Shown piece after piece: positions 9,455 to 19,677 of a DNA stretch of 59,168 bases. The position numbers and the translations under genes are program-made. The DNA comes from Gallionellaceae bacterium UBA6222. Lineage in GTDB: Bacteria; Pseudomonadota; Gammaproteobacteria; Burkholderiales; Gallionellaceae. The notes under the pieces were generated by a model. The model worked only from the letters and a program-made list of their open reading frames with translations. It searched no databases and was not told the origin of the DNA. How positions within the stretch are numbered: position 1 is the first letter of the stretch; each line of letters begins with the position of its first letter. The stretch lies in assembly GCA_002421915.1 (NCBI GenBank), contig DISA01000042.1, positions 34,910 through 94,077 on the forward strand, written 5' to 3'.

Positions 9455-9801
9455 ACAAAAACGCGCAACCATCGAGGAGAAAGCGCGCACCAGTCAATCG
9501 CCGTGCGCGCCTGATGGCATCCGCTCTGCGCAAGCTGGAAGCCGTCCCCGGTGCGCGCTATGAAGAGGTGCTAACCGCCGAGGAATACGGCGAGGCCGTG
9601 CAGATGATGCGCGCCCTTGTTTCTCATGTTCAAGGCTATATGGCAACGCAACGCCACAAGGGGAAACGCCCACGCCCACCCGCGCGCTTTTCTTGGCATG
9701 GGCGATCTTATCCGCTTCGCTACGGCTTGTTTCTGGGGCAGGTATTCATTGCCAACAAGTCCGGCAAATGTCTCATTGGCAGCGGGTATAACGTGGTATG
9801 A
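9445..9801 (+). CDS. Hypothetical basic protein
   Basis: ORF MAINKNAQP... overlapping both neighbours (ATGA coupling to the primase). Confidence 0.6.
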   Translation: MAINKNAQPSRRKRAPVNRRARLMASALRKLEAVPGARYEEVLTAEEYGEAVQMMRALVSHVQGYMATQRHKGKRPRPPARFSWHGRSYPLRYGLFLGQVFIANKSGKCLIGSGYNVV

Positions 9802-12701
9802 GCGCGCCCAATATCAAGCAGGTGGCCGCTGCCGCCCTATCCAGTATCGAGCGCATCCTGTCGCACTGGTTGCCGGAAGGCAAACGCAACGGCCACGAAT
9901 ACCAGGCGATCAACCCCACGCGATCCGATAGCAAGCTGGGTTCGTTTTCGATCAACCTCAACACGGGCGCATGGGCTGACTTTGCCAGCGATGACAAGGG
10001 CGGCGATCTGGTGGCGCTGGTGGCTTACCTGGAAGGATCGAAGCAAGGCGAAGCGGCAAAACGGCTTGCCGAGTTTTTGGGGTTGCCGCCGGATAAGCCC
10101 GACCCGCCAAAACGCGCCCCAAGCGATTCAAAGAGGGGCGGCGATACCATCACCCCACCCCAACAAAACAAACCCGCGTGGCGTGCGCTGCTGCCTGTGC
10201 CGGATGATGCGCCCGCCCCTTTCGCTGCGCACCCGAAACACGGCAAGCCTTCGATGCGCTGGGCGTATCGCAACGAGGCCGGGCAATTGCTTTGCTGGGT
10301 GTATCGCTTCGAGCCAAAAGACGAAGGCGAGCGCAAGCAGTTTTTCCCGTTGACCTGGTGCGAGGATGGCACCGGCAAGCGCGCATGGCGCTGGCAGGGT
10401 TTACCCGACCCGCGCCCGCTGTATCACTTGGACAAGCTGGCCGCAAACGCAAGCGCGCCGGTTGTGGTGTGCGAGGGCGAGAAGGCCGCCGATGCCGCCG
10501 CCCTGCTGTTCCCCGATGCGACCTGCACCACGATGTTGAACGGGGCGCAATCGCCACACAAAAGCGATTGGCGGCCATTGGCCGGGCGCGTGGCGTGGCT
10601 GTGGCCGGACAACGACGAAGCCGGGCGCGAGTGTATGGCGAAGGTGGCAACGCTGGCGAAAGAGGCGGGCGCGGTAAGTGTCGAGGCGATTAACCTGGAT
10701 GCCTTCGCACGTCATCCGGCGGGCGATGTTGACGTGCCGGAATTCCGGCCGGCGCGCCCGCTGCCTGAAAAATGGGACGCGGCGGACGCGGTGGCCGGTG
10801 GGTGGACTGCCGGGCATGTTGCGCTGCTGATGCAATCGCATGAACTGTTGCAACCCGTGCCGGTGCACAAGCCTGCACAAACGGAGGATTCACAACGCCA
10901 TGCCCCAGCCGATGAAGCGAGCGGCGAACGGTTGCCGCACTTTCACTGCAACGAGCAAGGCGTGTGGTATTTCGGCAGGAACGAGCACGGCAACGACATG
11001 CCGCCGCTGTGGGTGTGTTCCCGGCTGGAAATCACCGCCAGCACCCGCGATGCAAAAAACGAAAGCTGGGGGCGGTTGCTTGAGTTTGACGATCTGGACG
11101 GCACGCGCCACGCTTGGGCGATGCCTATGGAATTACTCAAGGGCGATGGTGCGGAGTATCGCGGCGCGCTGCTTTCGATGGGCTTGCAGATTGCCGCATC
11201 CGGCAAGGCGCGCAACCTGCTGACGCAATACATTCAGACGGCACAGGTAGAGCAGCGCGCCCGCTGTGTGGAGCGCACCGGCTGGCATGGCAATGTGTTC
11301 GTGATGCCGGATCGAACTATCGGCGCGTGTGATGAGGAACGCATCCTGTTCCAGTCCGCCAGCGCCACGCCCGGCACGTTCCGGCAAAAGGGCAAGCCGT
11401 TCACCTGGCAAGCGAACGTGGCCGCACTGTGCGCCGGTAACTCCCGCCTGGTGTTCGCCGTGTCCGCCGCCTTTGCTGCACCGCTGTTGCATATCACCGG
11501 CATGGAATCCGGCGGCGTGCATATGCGCGGCGATTCAAGCACGGGCAAAACCACTGCGCTGCGCGCTGCTGCATCGGTGTGGGGCGGCATGGAATATCTG
11601 CAACGCTGGCGTGCCACCGATAACGGTCTAGAGGCACTGGCAGCCCAGCACTCCGATTGCTTGCTGGTATTGGATGAGCTATCACAGGTTGACCCCAAGG
11701 CAGCGGGCGAAGCGGCCTACATGCTGGCGAACGGTGGCGGCAAGGCGCGGGCGAACCGCAACGGCGGCTTGCGCGATCCCGCGAGCTGGCGCGTGTTGTT
11801 TCTATCCAGTGGCGAGGCCGGGCTATCTGAACACATGGCGGAGGCAAAGAAAAAACCGAAGGCCGGGCAAGAGATCCGCCTGCTGGATATTCCAGCCGAT
11901 GCGGGCGCGGGGTGCGGCATGTTTGAGAAGCTGCACCAGTATGCGAACGGCGCGGCATTCTCTAAGGCGCTGACCGAAGCGGCAGGCAAGCACTACGGCA
12001 CTGCGGCGCAACCCTACCTTGCAAAGCTGGTGGAGCATCACGACAAGGTGGCGGAGTGGATCAAGAAAGCACAGCGGGAATTTGCGCACGCCCATGTTGA
12101 TGAGGGCGCGGGCGGGCAAGTGCATCGTGCGGCGTTGCGCTTCGCCTTGATCGGGGCGGCGGGTGAACTCGCAACCAAGTGGCAGATTACCGGTTGGCAA
12201 CCGGGCGAGGCAATGCAGGCCGCTGTTGCTTGCTACAAGGCATGGCTGGCACAGCGTGGCGGTGCGGGCAACCTGGAAGAGTTGAACATGCTGGCACAGG
12301 TGCGGCGATTCATTGAGGCACACGGGGAGGCGCGCTTTACTGATTGGGATAGACCGGCGAGCAACACCGAGGGGCACGCACCCCGCACGATCATGCGCGC
12401 CGGATACCGCAAGCATATCCCTGCTGTTGATGATGCGGGCGCGGCGGTTTATGTTGACGGTGTGGGGCGCGCCACCCTTACCGAATACTACATATTCCCC
12501 GAAACATTCAAACAGGAAGTGTGCGGCGGGTTTGATTATCGCGTGGTGTGCAAGCTGCTGGCACGGATGGGCTGCCTGATGACCGAGGAAAGCGGCGGAA
12601 AGGTAAGCTACACACGCAAGGAGCGGCTGCCCGGCGGCGAGGGGAATGTGCGCTGCTACCGCATCACGCACAAGCTGATGGAAGGCGGCAGCGATGAGTA
12701 A
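9798..12701 (+). CDS. Primase-helicase (TOPRIM + DUF927 superfamily-3-like helicase)
   Basis: W.DFA..DKGGDL, CEGEKAADA, WPDND, KWDAAD; Walker A GDSSTGKTT, LVLDEL, LSSGE. Confidence 0.9.
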   Translation: MSAPNIKQVAAAALSSIERILSHWLPEGKRNGHEYQAINPTRSDSKLGSFSINLNTGAWADFASDDKGGDLVALVAYLEGSKQGEAAKRLAEFLGLPPDKPDPPKRAPSDSKRGGDTITPPQQNKPAWRALLPVPDDAPAPFAAHPKHGKPSMRWAYRNEAGQLLCWVYRFEPKDEGERKQFFPLTWCEDGTGKRAWRWQGLPDPRPLYHLDKLAANASAPVVVCEGEKAADAAALLFPDATCTTMLNGAQSPHKSDWRPLAGRVAWLWPDNDEAGRECMAKVATLAKEAGAVSVEAINLDAFARHPAGDVDVPEFRPARPLPEKWDAADAVAGGWTAGHVALLMQSHELLQPVPVHKPAQTEDSQRHAPADEASGERLPHFHCNEQGVWYFGRNEHGNDMPPLWVCSRLEITASTRDAKNESWGRLLEFDDLDGTRHAWAMPMELLKGDGAEYRGALLSMGLQIAASGKARNLLTQYIQTAQVEQRARCVERTGWHGNVFVMPDRTIGACDEERILFQSASATPGTFRQKGKPFTWQANVAALCAGNSRLVFAVSAAFAAPLLHITGMESGGVHMRGDSSTGKTTALRAAASVWGGMEYLQRWRATDNGLEALAAQHSDCLLVLDELSQVDPKAAGEAAYMLANGGGKARANRNGGLRDPASWRVLFLSSGEAGLSEHMAEAKKKPKAGQEIRLLDIPADAGAGCGMFEKLHQYANGAAFSKALTEAAGKHYGTAAQPYLAKLVEHHDKVAEWIKKAQREFAHAHVDEGAGGQVHRAALRFALIGAAGELATKWQITGWQPGEAMQAAVACYKAWLAQRGGAGNLEELNMLAQVRRFIEAHGEARFTDWDRPASNTEGHAPRTIMRAGYRKHIPAVDDAGAAVYVDGVGRATLTEYYIFPETFKQEVCGGFDYRVVCKLLARMGCLMTEESGGKVSYTRKERLPGGEGNVRCYRITHKLMEGGSDE

Positions 12702-12831
12702 TCAACAAAAGTATTTTGCAACGCACGGCCACGCAGGAATGCGGCTTGCGTTGCAATATGCCGCCCGCACTACCCCACCATGCCACCATACAACCCGCGC
12801 CGTTGCTGCATTTGCACGCGTGCGGAGTTGT

Positions 12832-12981
12832 GCATCGGTTTTGCGCCCATCCATCAGACGGCATTGCACACCTTCGGACAAGCTGCCCCAACTGCCCCAA
12901 CTAGCTTTAAAAAAGTTGGGGCAGCTCAAACCCAATAACGGCGGGCTGCCCCGACTGCCCCAACCTGCCCCACCTGTTTTT
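12832..12981. repeat. 150-bp iteron-rich inverted repeat, right copy (putative ori)
   Basis: TGCCCCAAC units around an AT-rich TTTAAAAAA, just downstream of the primase; inverse of 6265-6414. Confidence 0.92.
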
Positions 12982-13085
12982 AATATGAACCGGAACGGAA
13001 AAGAAGCGGCGCGGTGTGTGTGGGGTGCGGGCAGAGAATCAACTTCGCGCCAAAAATCGAGGGGTGTGCAACGCAACCGTGCAAC

Positions 13086-13135
13086 TTTAACGGGTCCTCC
13101 CCGACCTTTCCCCTCGCGGGTAATCCGAACCTCAA
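13086..13135 (+). other. cos-like packaging signal candidate
   Basis: TTTAACGGGTCCT resembles lambda TTTACGGGTCCT (cosQ = GGGTCCT); followed by CCTCGCGGGT. Confidence 0.4.
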
Positions 13136-13205
13136 TCATTCTGTAGTGTGAGCAATTTTAAACTTAGTCAACTGTTGCAAATGGCGTTGCAAATGCGGTT
13201 GACCT

Positions 13206-13766
13206 ATGCAAAAAGGTGAAGTTATGCAGCTTGTTTTTTCAATTGCACGGGAGCGGCTGGCAGATGCGCCGCTGATGAAGCTGGGCGATCTTGTCCAGTG
13301 GGCGGAAGTGGATCAGCACATGCAGGCCGAACACTGGCGCGCCGCATTCAGGAAAGGCGGGCGCGCCCCATACGATCACCGGGCGATGTTCCGCGCGCTG
13401 CTGATTGCCCGCTGGTATGGCCTGACCTTCCCCGCCCTGGAACACGCCTTGCGGGTGCGCCTAGATTTCCTGCTTTTTTGTGGCTTCGATGGCAATGCAA
13501 AGCTGCCCGATGCCAGCACCCTATCCCGTTTCCGTTCCCGGCTGGCGGAAGGCAGCAAGCTGGCGGCCATGTTTGATGAGGTGGATCGGCAGTTGAGCGC
13601 GCATGGTGTTGCGCTTTTTATGGCGCGTGGCGCGCTGCTGGATATTGTGGTTAAAACTGGCGGTAGAGTAACTACGAACGCCGGTGCGGTTGAATCAAAA
13701 AAACAGCCTACCAATTACGGCAGCATAATCGAGGCGGGGGCAACTTTGGGGGCAACTGATAAATAA
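13206..13766 (+). CDS. IS5-family transposase N-terminal domain (DUF772-like) without DDE domain
   Basis: GGRAPYD..AMFRALL..WYGL...LE..LR.RLDF..FCG....PDASTLSRFR; ORF ends within the attR arm repeats. Confidence 0.7.
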   Translation: MQKGEVMQLVFSIARERLADAPLMKLGDLVQWAEVDQHMQAEHWRAAFRKGGRAPYDHRAMFRALLIARWYGLTFPALEHALRVRLDFLLFCGFDGNAKLPDASTLSRFRSRLAEGSKLAAMFDEVDRQLSAHGVALFMARGALLDIVVKTGGRVTTNAGAVESKKQPTNYGSIIEAGATLGATDK

Positions 13767-13832
13767 AAAAAGCGCAAAGCCCCTTGCCGATTGGCTTGCG
13801 TGGCACTATTCGGTAGCCCCCGCCCCACCAAT
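13736..13832. other. attR of island 1 (arm repeats plus core)
   Basis: GGGGGCAAC at 13736 and 13748; CCCCCGCCCCACCAAT equals the tmRNA 3' end minus one T. Confidence 0.8.
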
Positions 13833-13971
13833 TAAGCATCCAAAGCAATCCAAGGAAGTGCACAAAAGCCCGCCACAGCGGGCTTTTTGCTTTGTTTTGT
13901 GTGTTTTCCCGTCCATCCCGATGTATTGACATCCGGGGGCAACTGACCAATATCGAGGAGGAGTTGCCCCC

Positions 13972-14127
13972 ATGCCACTGACTGATACCGCGATCTGCAA
14001 CGCCAAGCCCGGCATTACCCCTGCTGGCAAAGAAACCGCCAAACCCTACAAGCCGAGCAATACCGGCGGCCTATACCTGGAAGTTGCCCCCAGTGGGGGC
14101 AAGTGGTGGCGGTTGAAGTATCGCTAA
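13972..14127 (+). pseudogene. Truncated integrase paralogue (51 aa)
   Basis: MPLTDTAICNAKPGITPAGKETAKPYKPSNTGGLYLEVAPSGGKWWRLKYR*, a near copy of the start of the int at 4991. Confidence 0.92.
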
Positions 14128-14305
14128 CATGCTCTATACACAAAACGTGTATTGGGCATGTGGATCGAGTCGCCAAGCCAGTAATGCCGGCAGGTTCACA
14201 ATTGCCTGAGTGTCTCTGATACCAGAGAAGGTTTCTCCGTTGCGTCACATAGCAATGCCTAAGAAAAACTTGACAACCATAGTGAAGTTTCGGAAACTGT
14301 CATAT

Positions 14306-15037
14306 ATGACACATTCACTACACAAAGCACAGGATGCAATTTTAGATAAGGTGTTTTCAAGCCTTGTTCAAATCGGCATTCCAAACTGCATCTTGGCAGG
14401 CGGAACTGCTTTGGCGAGGTATTACCTGCACCATCGGGTGTCTTATGATCTCGACTTTTTTGTGGGAGGAAATCTCTCCCCAGAAAAACTGTCGATAGCG
14501 CTGGGCCGCATTGGAATCAACCTGAGTGACGTGCAGATCGAAGCTGGCGGCGTATTCGCGCATCAATTGCATGGATATGCAAACCTCGATGAGTCCACCG
14601 TCAAAATCTCGTTTGTTGAAGACGTGTACGAAGGCATGTGGCCGAAGAAACAATTTGGCAATGTGATTACCGAAGAAATCGGCGGCTTGTATCACAGGAA
14701 ACTGCGCACCATATCTGGTAGCGGTTATGGGAAAGGCACGAAAGGGGCTCGCCAAACCGCGAGAGACCTGTTCGACGCTTATGTGCTTAGCAGCCAAGTG
14801 CAGCCCATACATAGTTTTCTAGCTGAGGCGAATCAGCATGGAGCCAACTACCCGCAGGATGCCTTCTGCGCAAATATTCTGAGCATGCCGTGGTTCGACC
14901 TGATGGATGAATTTGAAGGACTTGAGTTGCTGTCTCCCTACCTCGGATTGACACTGATTGGAGACATCAAGCCATTGCTGGTGAATGAAGCAATGATGAT
15001 TCAAAAATTAATTGGAATTGATGATGAAAATCACTGA
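14306..15037 (+). CDS. AbiEii/MenT-like nucleotidyltransferase toxin
   Basis: LAGGTALARYYLHHRVSYDLDFF, K...RQTARDLFD; TTGACA at 14270 favours the ATG at 14306. Confidence 0.85.
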   Translation: MTHSLHKAQDAILDKVFSSLVQIGIPNCILAGGTALARYYLHHRVSYDLDFFVGGNLSPEKLSIALGRIGINLSDVQIEAGGVFAHQLHGYANLDESTVKISFVEDVYEGMWPKKQFGNVITEEIGGLYHRKLRTISGSGYGKGTKGARQTARDLFDAYVLSSQVQPIHSFLAEANQHGANYPQDAFCANILSMPWFDLMDEFEGLELLSPYLGLTLIGDIKPLLVNEAMMIQKLIGIDDENH

Positions 15038-15557
15038 TACACAAATTGAAGCGTGGGAACGCGCCAAGCGCATGGCCTTCTGGGATCAGGGTAAGCTGAA
15101 CTATGCCCAATGGTTGCCGGCATTCAAATCCGGCAATACCAATGTCATGCGGCAAAGCATCAATTACATGCGAGCCGCAGATTTGATTGATCTGGTCGGC
15201 AAGCGTCAGTTCATCAAGGCATGGCCATTATTGCGGAATGCCGATGAGCTTAATGAAAGCAAGAAAGCCATTTTGGATGCCGCTTGGGGATTTTATGTGG
15301 CAGGAGATGTTTCATTCCCGGTTTCTGTTTCTGCGACACGCTTTCATCCCAAAAAGCTCGGGACATTACGAGTGTTGGCAAAATCGAGCGGTCACGAATC
15401 CATTTACCAAATTGCAAAAATGACGGGCCGTGATTATCGTCGCGTGTACGACGACATCATGGATTTTGTGGCGGATGGAATAGCTGTTATTGCCACAGAG
15501 ATTAGGAACGGACGTACATCCAAAGTGCCCCGTCTGCATGGGCTTCACATTGCTTAG
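15021..15557 (+). CDS. Putative antitoxin/regulator with C-terminal winged HTH
   Basis: Overlaps the toxin stop; N-terminal AFWD motif; C-terminal SIYQIAKMTGRDYRRVYDDI. Confidence 0.65.
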   Translation: MMKITDTQIEAWERAKRMAFWDQGKLNYAQWLPAFKSGNTNVMRQSINYMRAADLIDLVGKRQFIKAWPLLRNADELNESKKAILDAAWGFYVAGDVSFPVSVSATRFHPKKLGTLRVLAKSSGHESIYQIAKMTGRDYRRVYDDIMDFVADGIAVIATEIRNGRTSKVPRLHGLHIA

Positions 15558-15570
15558 TTGAGAATCCACA

Positions 15571-15602
15571 GGACTCCGGTTCAATTCCCGAATGCACCAC
15601 CA
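15571..15602 (+). other. Degenerate displaced tmRNA 3' fragment (outer attR)
   Basis: GGACTCCGGTTCAATTCCCGAATGCACCACCA versus ssrA GGACGGGGGTTCAATTCCCCCCGCCTCCACCA. Confidence 0.65.
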
Positions 15603-15611
15603 GAAGGAATG

Positions 15612-15642
15612 AAACAGCCACCCGAAACGGTGGCTGTTTTTT
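15612..15642 (+). terminator. Intrinsic terminator
   Basis: AAACAGCCACC-CGAAAC-GGTGGCTGTTT plus T-run. Confidence 0.8.
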
Positions 15643-15808
15643 GTCTTTTCACCTTCAACACCATTGCCACTGATTATCGGCTTCGGGGTAAACCGACCAC
15701 CGGATCGTCGGGCACTTTGCCCAGGTTACAGGTCATGTTGAGTATCTGCTGCCTGGCAACGCGGGCCCGACCCTGACTGGCACTTTCCCGGCTAACACCA
15801 GAAGTTCG

Positions 15809-16949
<1,141 letters not shown>

Positions 16950-16988
16950 GGGTTGGGCTACTTTCAAAAAACAGGGCGGCATCATACC

Positions 16989-18650
16989 TCAAGCGGCGGC
17001 GCCCAATAACTCGGCAGCGTGTTTGCGTGTGGTTGCGGTGATCTTTACCCCGCCCAGCATGCGGGCAATCTCTTCAACTCGCTGCTCGCCCTTGAGCACC
17101 TGGATATGGCTGAGGGTGATGCCCTGCTCCACCGCCTTGCTCACTTGCCATTGCTGATCGGCTTGCGCGGCGACCTGCGGCAGATGGGTGACACACAACA
17201 CCTGGTAACGTTTGCCCAGTTGTTTGAGCAGGCTGCCGACGATCTCCGCCACGCGCCCGCCAATGCCGCTGTCCACCTCGTCGAAAATCAGTGTAGGCAC
17301 ACTGGCGGCATGGCTGGCAGCCACCTGGATTGCCAGACTGATACGCGACAATTCACCCCCCGACGCAACCTTGGCCAGACTGCGCAGCGGCGAACCGGGA
17401 TTGGCGGAGACTTGCAACTCCACGCTTTCCAGCCCGTACGCATCGCCTGCGGCAAGCGGCAACAAAGCCACGGCAAATTGCCCGCCCTCCATCGCCAACT
17501 TCTGCATGGCAGTGGTTATTTCGGTGGAAAGCCGGCCGGCCGCCTTGGCCCGCGCTGCACTCAACTTTCTTGCCAGTGCCAGATATTCGTCGCGCACGGC
17601 CGCTTCTTGTCCGGCCAACTCGGCCAGATCGGCACTGCCGCCCAATTCATCCAGGCGCGCCAGGATTTGCACCAGCACTTGCGGCAACTGCTCCGGTTTT
17701 ACACGGTATTTGCGTGCCGCTTCCATCACATCGGCAATGCGCGATTCCATTTGCTGCAAAGCTTGCGGATCGGTGTCCAGTTTTTCCTGATAGTGGCGAA
17801 AGGAATACACCGCTTCCTGCAGTTCGTTCTGCACACTCTCCAGCATGGTCAGCGTGTCCTGCAACGATGCATCGAATTCCAGACCGGCGCGCAAACGTGC
17901 CACCAGCGCATTCAGTTGCGCCAGACACGCCGTGTCCGCATCGCTCAAAACCTCCACCCCGAATTGCGCCGTCTCCAGCAAGCCTGCGGCATGCGACAAG
18001 CGCGCGTGGTCGGCTTGCAGGGTTTGCCATTCGCCGTCGGAAAAGTTCAATGTCTCCAATTCGCGCCGCTGGAAATTCAACAGCTCACGTTCGGCGGCCA
18101 CTGCCTCGGCATTCTGTTCGAGCTGCGTGCGGCGGCGCTGCAAGACCTGCCACGCCTTATAGCGCTCGGCGACCTGCTCGCTGTCTTTGCCCAATCCGGC
18201 ATGGCTATCCAGCAGCTCGCGCTGCGCCCCGGCGCGCAGCAGGGATTGGTGCGCATGCTGGCCGTGAATGTCGAGCAGCAGTTCGCCCGCTGCTCGCATC
18301 TGTTGCAGGGTCGCGCTGCTGCCGTTGATGAAACCGCGCGAGCGGCCGGCGCTATCCAGCGTGCGCCGCAGCAGGCAGACGCCCTCATCACCCGCCAGCG
18401 CCTGCTCGCGCAGCCAGTCCTGCACGGCAGGCAAAGCACTGATGTCGAATTCGGCGGCGATCTCGGCACGCTCGCACCCGCTGCGCACCATGCCGGCATC
18501 GCCGCGCTCGCCCAGGGCGAGCGACAAGGCGTCGATCAGGATGGATTTGCCCGCGCCGGTTTCACCGGTGAGTGCGGTGAAGCCGGCGGAGAATTCAAGC
18601 TCCAGGGTTTCAACGATGACAAAGTTGCGGATGGAAAGGTACTTCAGCAT
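16989..18650 (-). CDS. recN: DNA repair protein RecN
   Basis: TGETGAGKS, ASGGELSR, IFDEVDSGIGG, CVTHLPQVA. Confidence 0.97.
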   Translation of the reverse strand: MLKYLSIRNFVIVETLELEFSAGFTALTGETGAGKSILIDALSLALGERGDAGMVRSGCERAEIAAEFDISALPAVQDWLREQALAGDEGVCLLRRTLDSAGRSRGFINGSSATLQQMRAAGELLLDIHGQHAHQSLLRAGAQRELLDSHAGLGKDSEQVAERYKAWQVLQRRRTQLEQNAEAVAAERELLNFQRRELETLNFSDGEWQTLQADHARLSHAAGLLETAQFGVEVLSDADTACLAQLNALVARLRAGLEFDASLQDTLTMLESVQNELQEAVYSFRHYQEKLDTDPQALQQMESRIADVMEAARKYRVKPEQLPQVLVQILARLDELGGSADLAELAGQEAAVRDEYLALARKLSAARAKAAGRLSTEITTAMQKLAMEGGQFAVALLPLAAGDAYGLESVELQVSANPGSPLRSLAKVASGGELSRISLAIQVAASHAASVPTLIFDEVDSGIGGRVAEIVGSLLKQLGKRYQVLCVTHLPQVAAQADQQWQVSKAVEQGITLSHIQVLKGEQRVEEIARMLGGVKITATTRKHAAELLGAAA

Positions 18651-18666
18651 GGAGAACTATTTATTG

Positions 18667-18786
18667 AGCCACGGATGAACACGAATAGACACGGATGAAA
18701 GCCACACCTGCCCTTGTCTCTGCGGCAGCCAAGCCTGTCACAAGAATCGGTCGCATATCCATGTTCATCTGTGTTTATCTGTGGCT
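18667..18786. repeat. Inverted pair of ~30-bp ACAGATGAAC-type repeats
   Basis: AGCCACGGATGAACACGAATAGACACGGAT (18667-18696) and inverse copy 18757-18786; third copy at 20776-20806. Confidence 0.75.
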
Positions 18787-18804
18787 GATTTTTTCAGGTA
18801 CGAA

Positions 18805-19677
18805 TCAGAGCGTTTGGTTCCACAGCAGCTTTTCGCGCAGCGTGTGGTAATAGCTGTGTCCCTGCGGATGCAGCAGCAATACCGGTTTGTCGAAGCGGCT
18901 GACGACGATCTTGTCGTGCAGTTGCAGGTCGATGTTGGTATGGCTGTCGTAGCGCACACAAATGTCGCCGGTGCGGTGCATTAGCAATTCGATCTCGGAA
19001 CTACCCCTGACCACGATGGGACGGTTACTCAGCGAATGCGGGCTCACCGGCACCAGTTCCAGCACATCCAGCCCGGGATGAATGATCGCCCCGCCCGCCG
19101 ACATGGCGTAGGCCGTGGAACCCGTGGGGGTGGAGATGATGAGGCCGTCGGCGCGCTGATTGTAGAGATATTCGCCGTCGATGCGCACCTCAAACTCGAC
19201 CATGCTGCTGATGTTGCCGCGGTGCACCACCACTTCGTTGAACGCCAGCCCGCTGTAGATTTCCCGATCCTTGCGCAGTACGCGCGCCAACAACAGCAAA
19301 CGCTGCTCGGTGAGGTACTTTCCTTCCAGCATGGCGCTGATCTCGACCTCCATGTTTCCCGGGGTCAGGTCGGTGAGAAATCCCAGGCGCCCCTGGTTGA
19401 CGCCGACCAGCGGCACACCATGCGGGGCAAGGGTGCGCGCGATATTGAGCATGGTGCCATCACCACCGATGACAATCGCCAGATCGACCGTGCGCGCGAT
19501 CTCATCCAGCGACAGCGCGGTGAAGGAATGGTCTTTCAGGTACTCTGCCGCCAATCCGTCCACCACCACGCGCAAGCCGCGCGCGGCCAGGAAATCACCG
19601 AGGCGCAGCATAGGCTCTGCCACCTCCGGGGATTTTTGCTTGCCGATGATGGCGATGGTCTGGAAGGGAAATTTCAT
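18805..19677 (-). CDS. nadK: NAD kinase
   Basis: [24 protein letters not shown]. Confidence 0.96.
   Translation of the reverse strand: MKFPFQTIAIIGKQKSPEVAEPMLRLGDFLAARGLRVVVDGLAAEYLKDHSFTALSLDEIARTVDLAIVIGGDGTMLNIARTLAPHGVPLVGVNQGRLGFLTDLTPGNMEVEISAMLEGKYLTEQRLLLLARVLRKDREIYSGLAFNEVVVHRGNISSMVEFEVRIDGEYLYNQRADGLIISTPTGSTAYAMSAGGAIIHPGLDVLELVPVSPHSLSNRPIVVRGSSEIELLMHRTGDICVRYDSHTNIDLQLHDKIVVSRFDKPVLLLHPQGHSYYHTLREKLLWNQTL

Larger units (their letters stand above)
4812..13832 (+). mobile_element. tmRNA-integrated P4/PICI-like satellite island (island 1)
   Basis: Core repeat CCCCCGCC(T)CCACCAAT at 4813-4829 and 13817-13832; contains int, alpA and primase-helicase; arm repeats at both ends. 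Confidence 0.88.
13833..15602 (+). mobile_element. Decayed second island in tandem (island 2 remnant)
   Basis: Repeats the hairpin, TTGACATCCGGGGGCAACTG and int start of island 1; ends at a degenerate tmRNA 3' fragment. Confidence 0.75.

Noticed and set aside
17019..18698. Long antisense ORFs (also 46288-48999, 54042-55700, 37253-38605)
   Set aside because: Shadow frames opposite well-supported genes in GC-rich DNA
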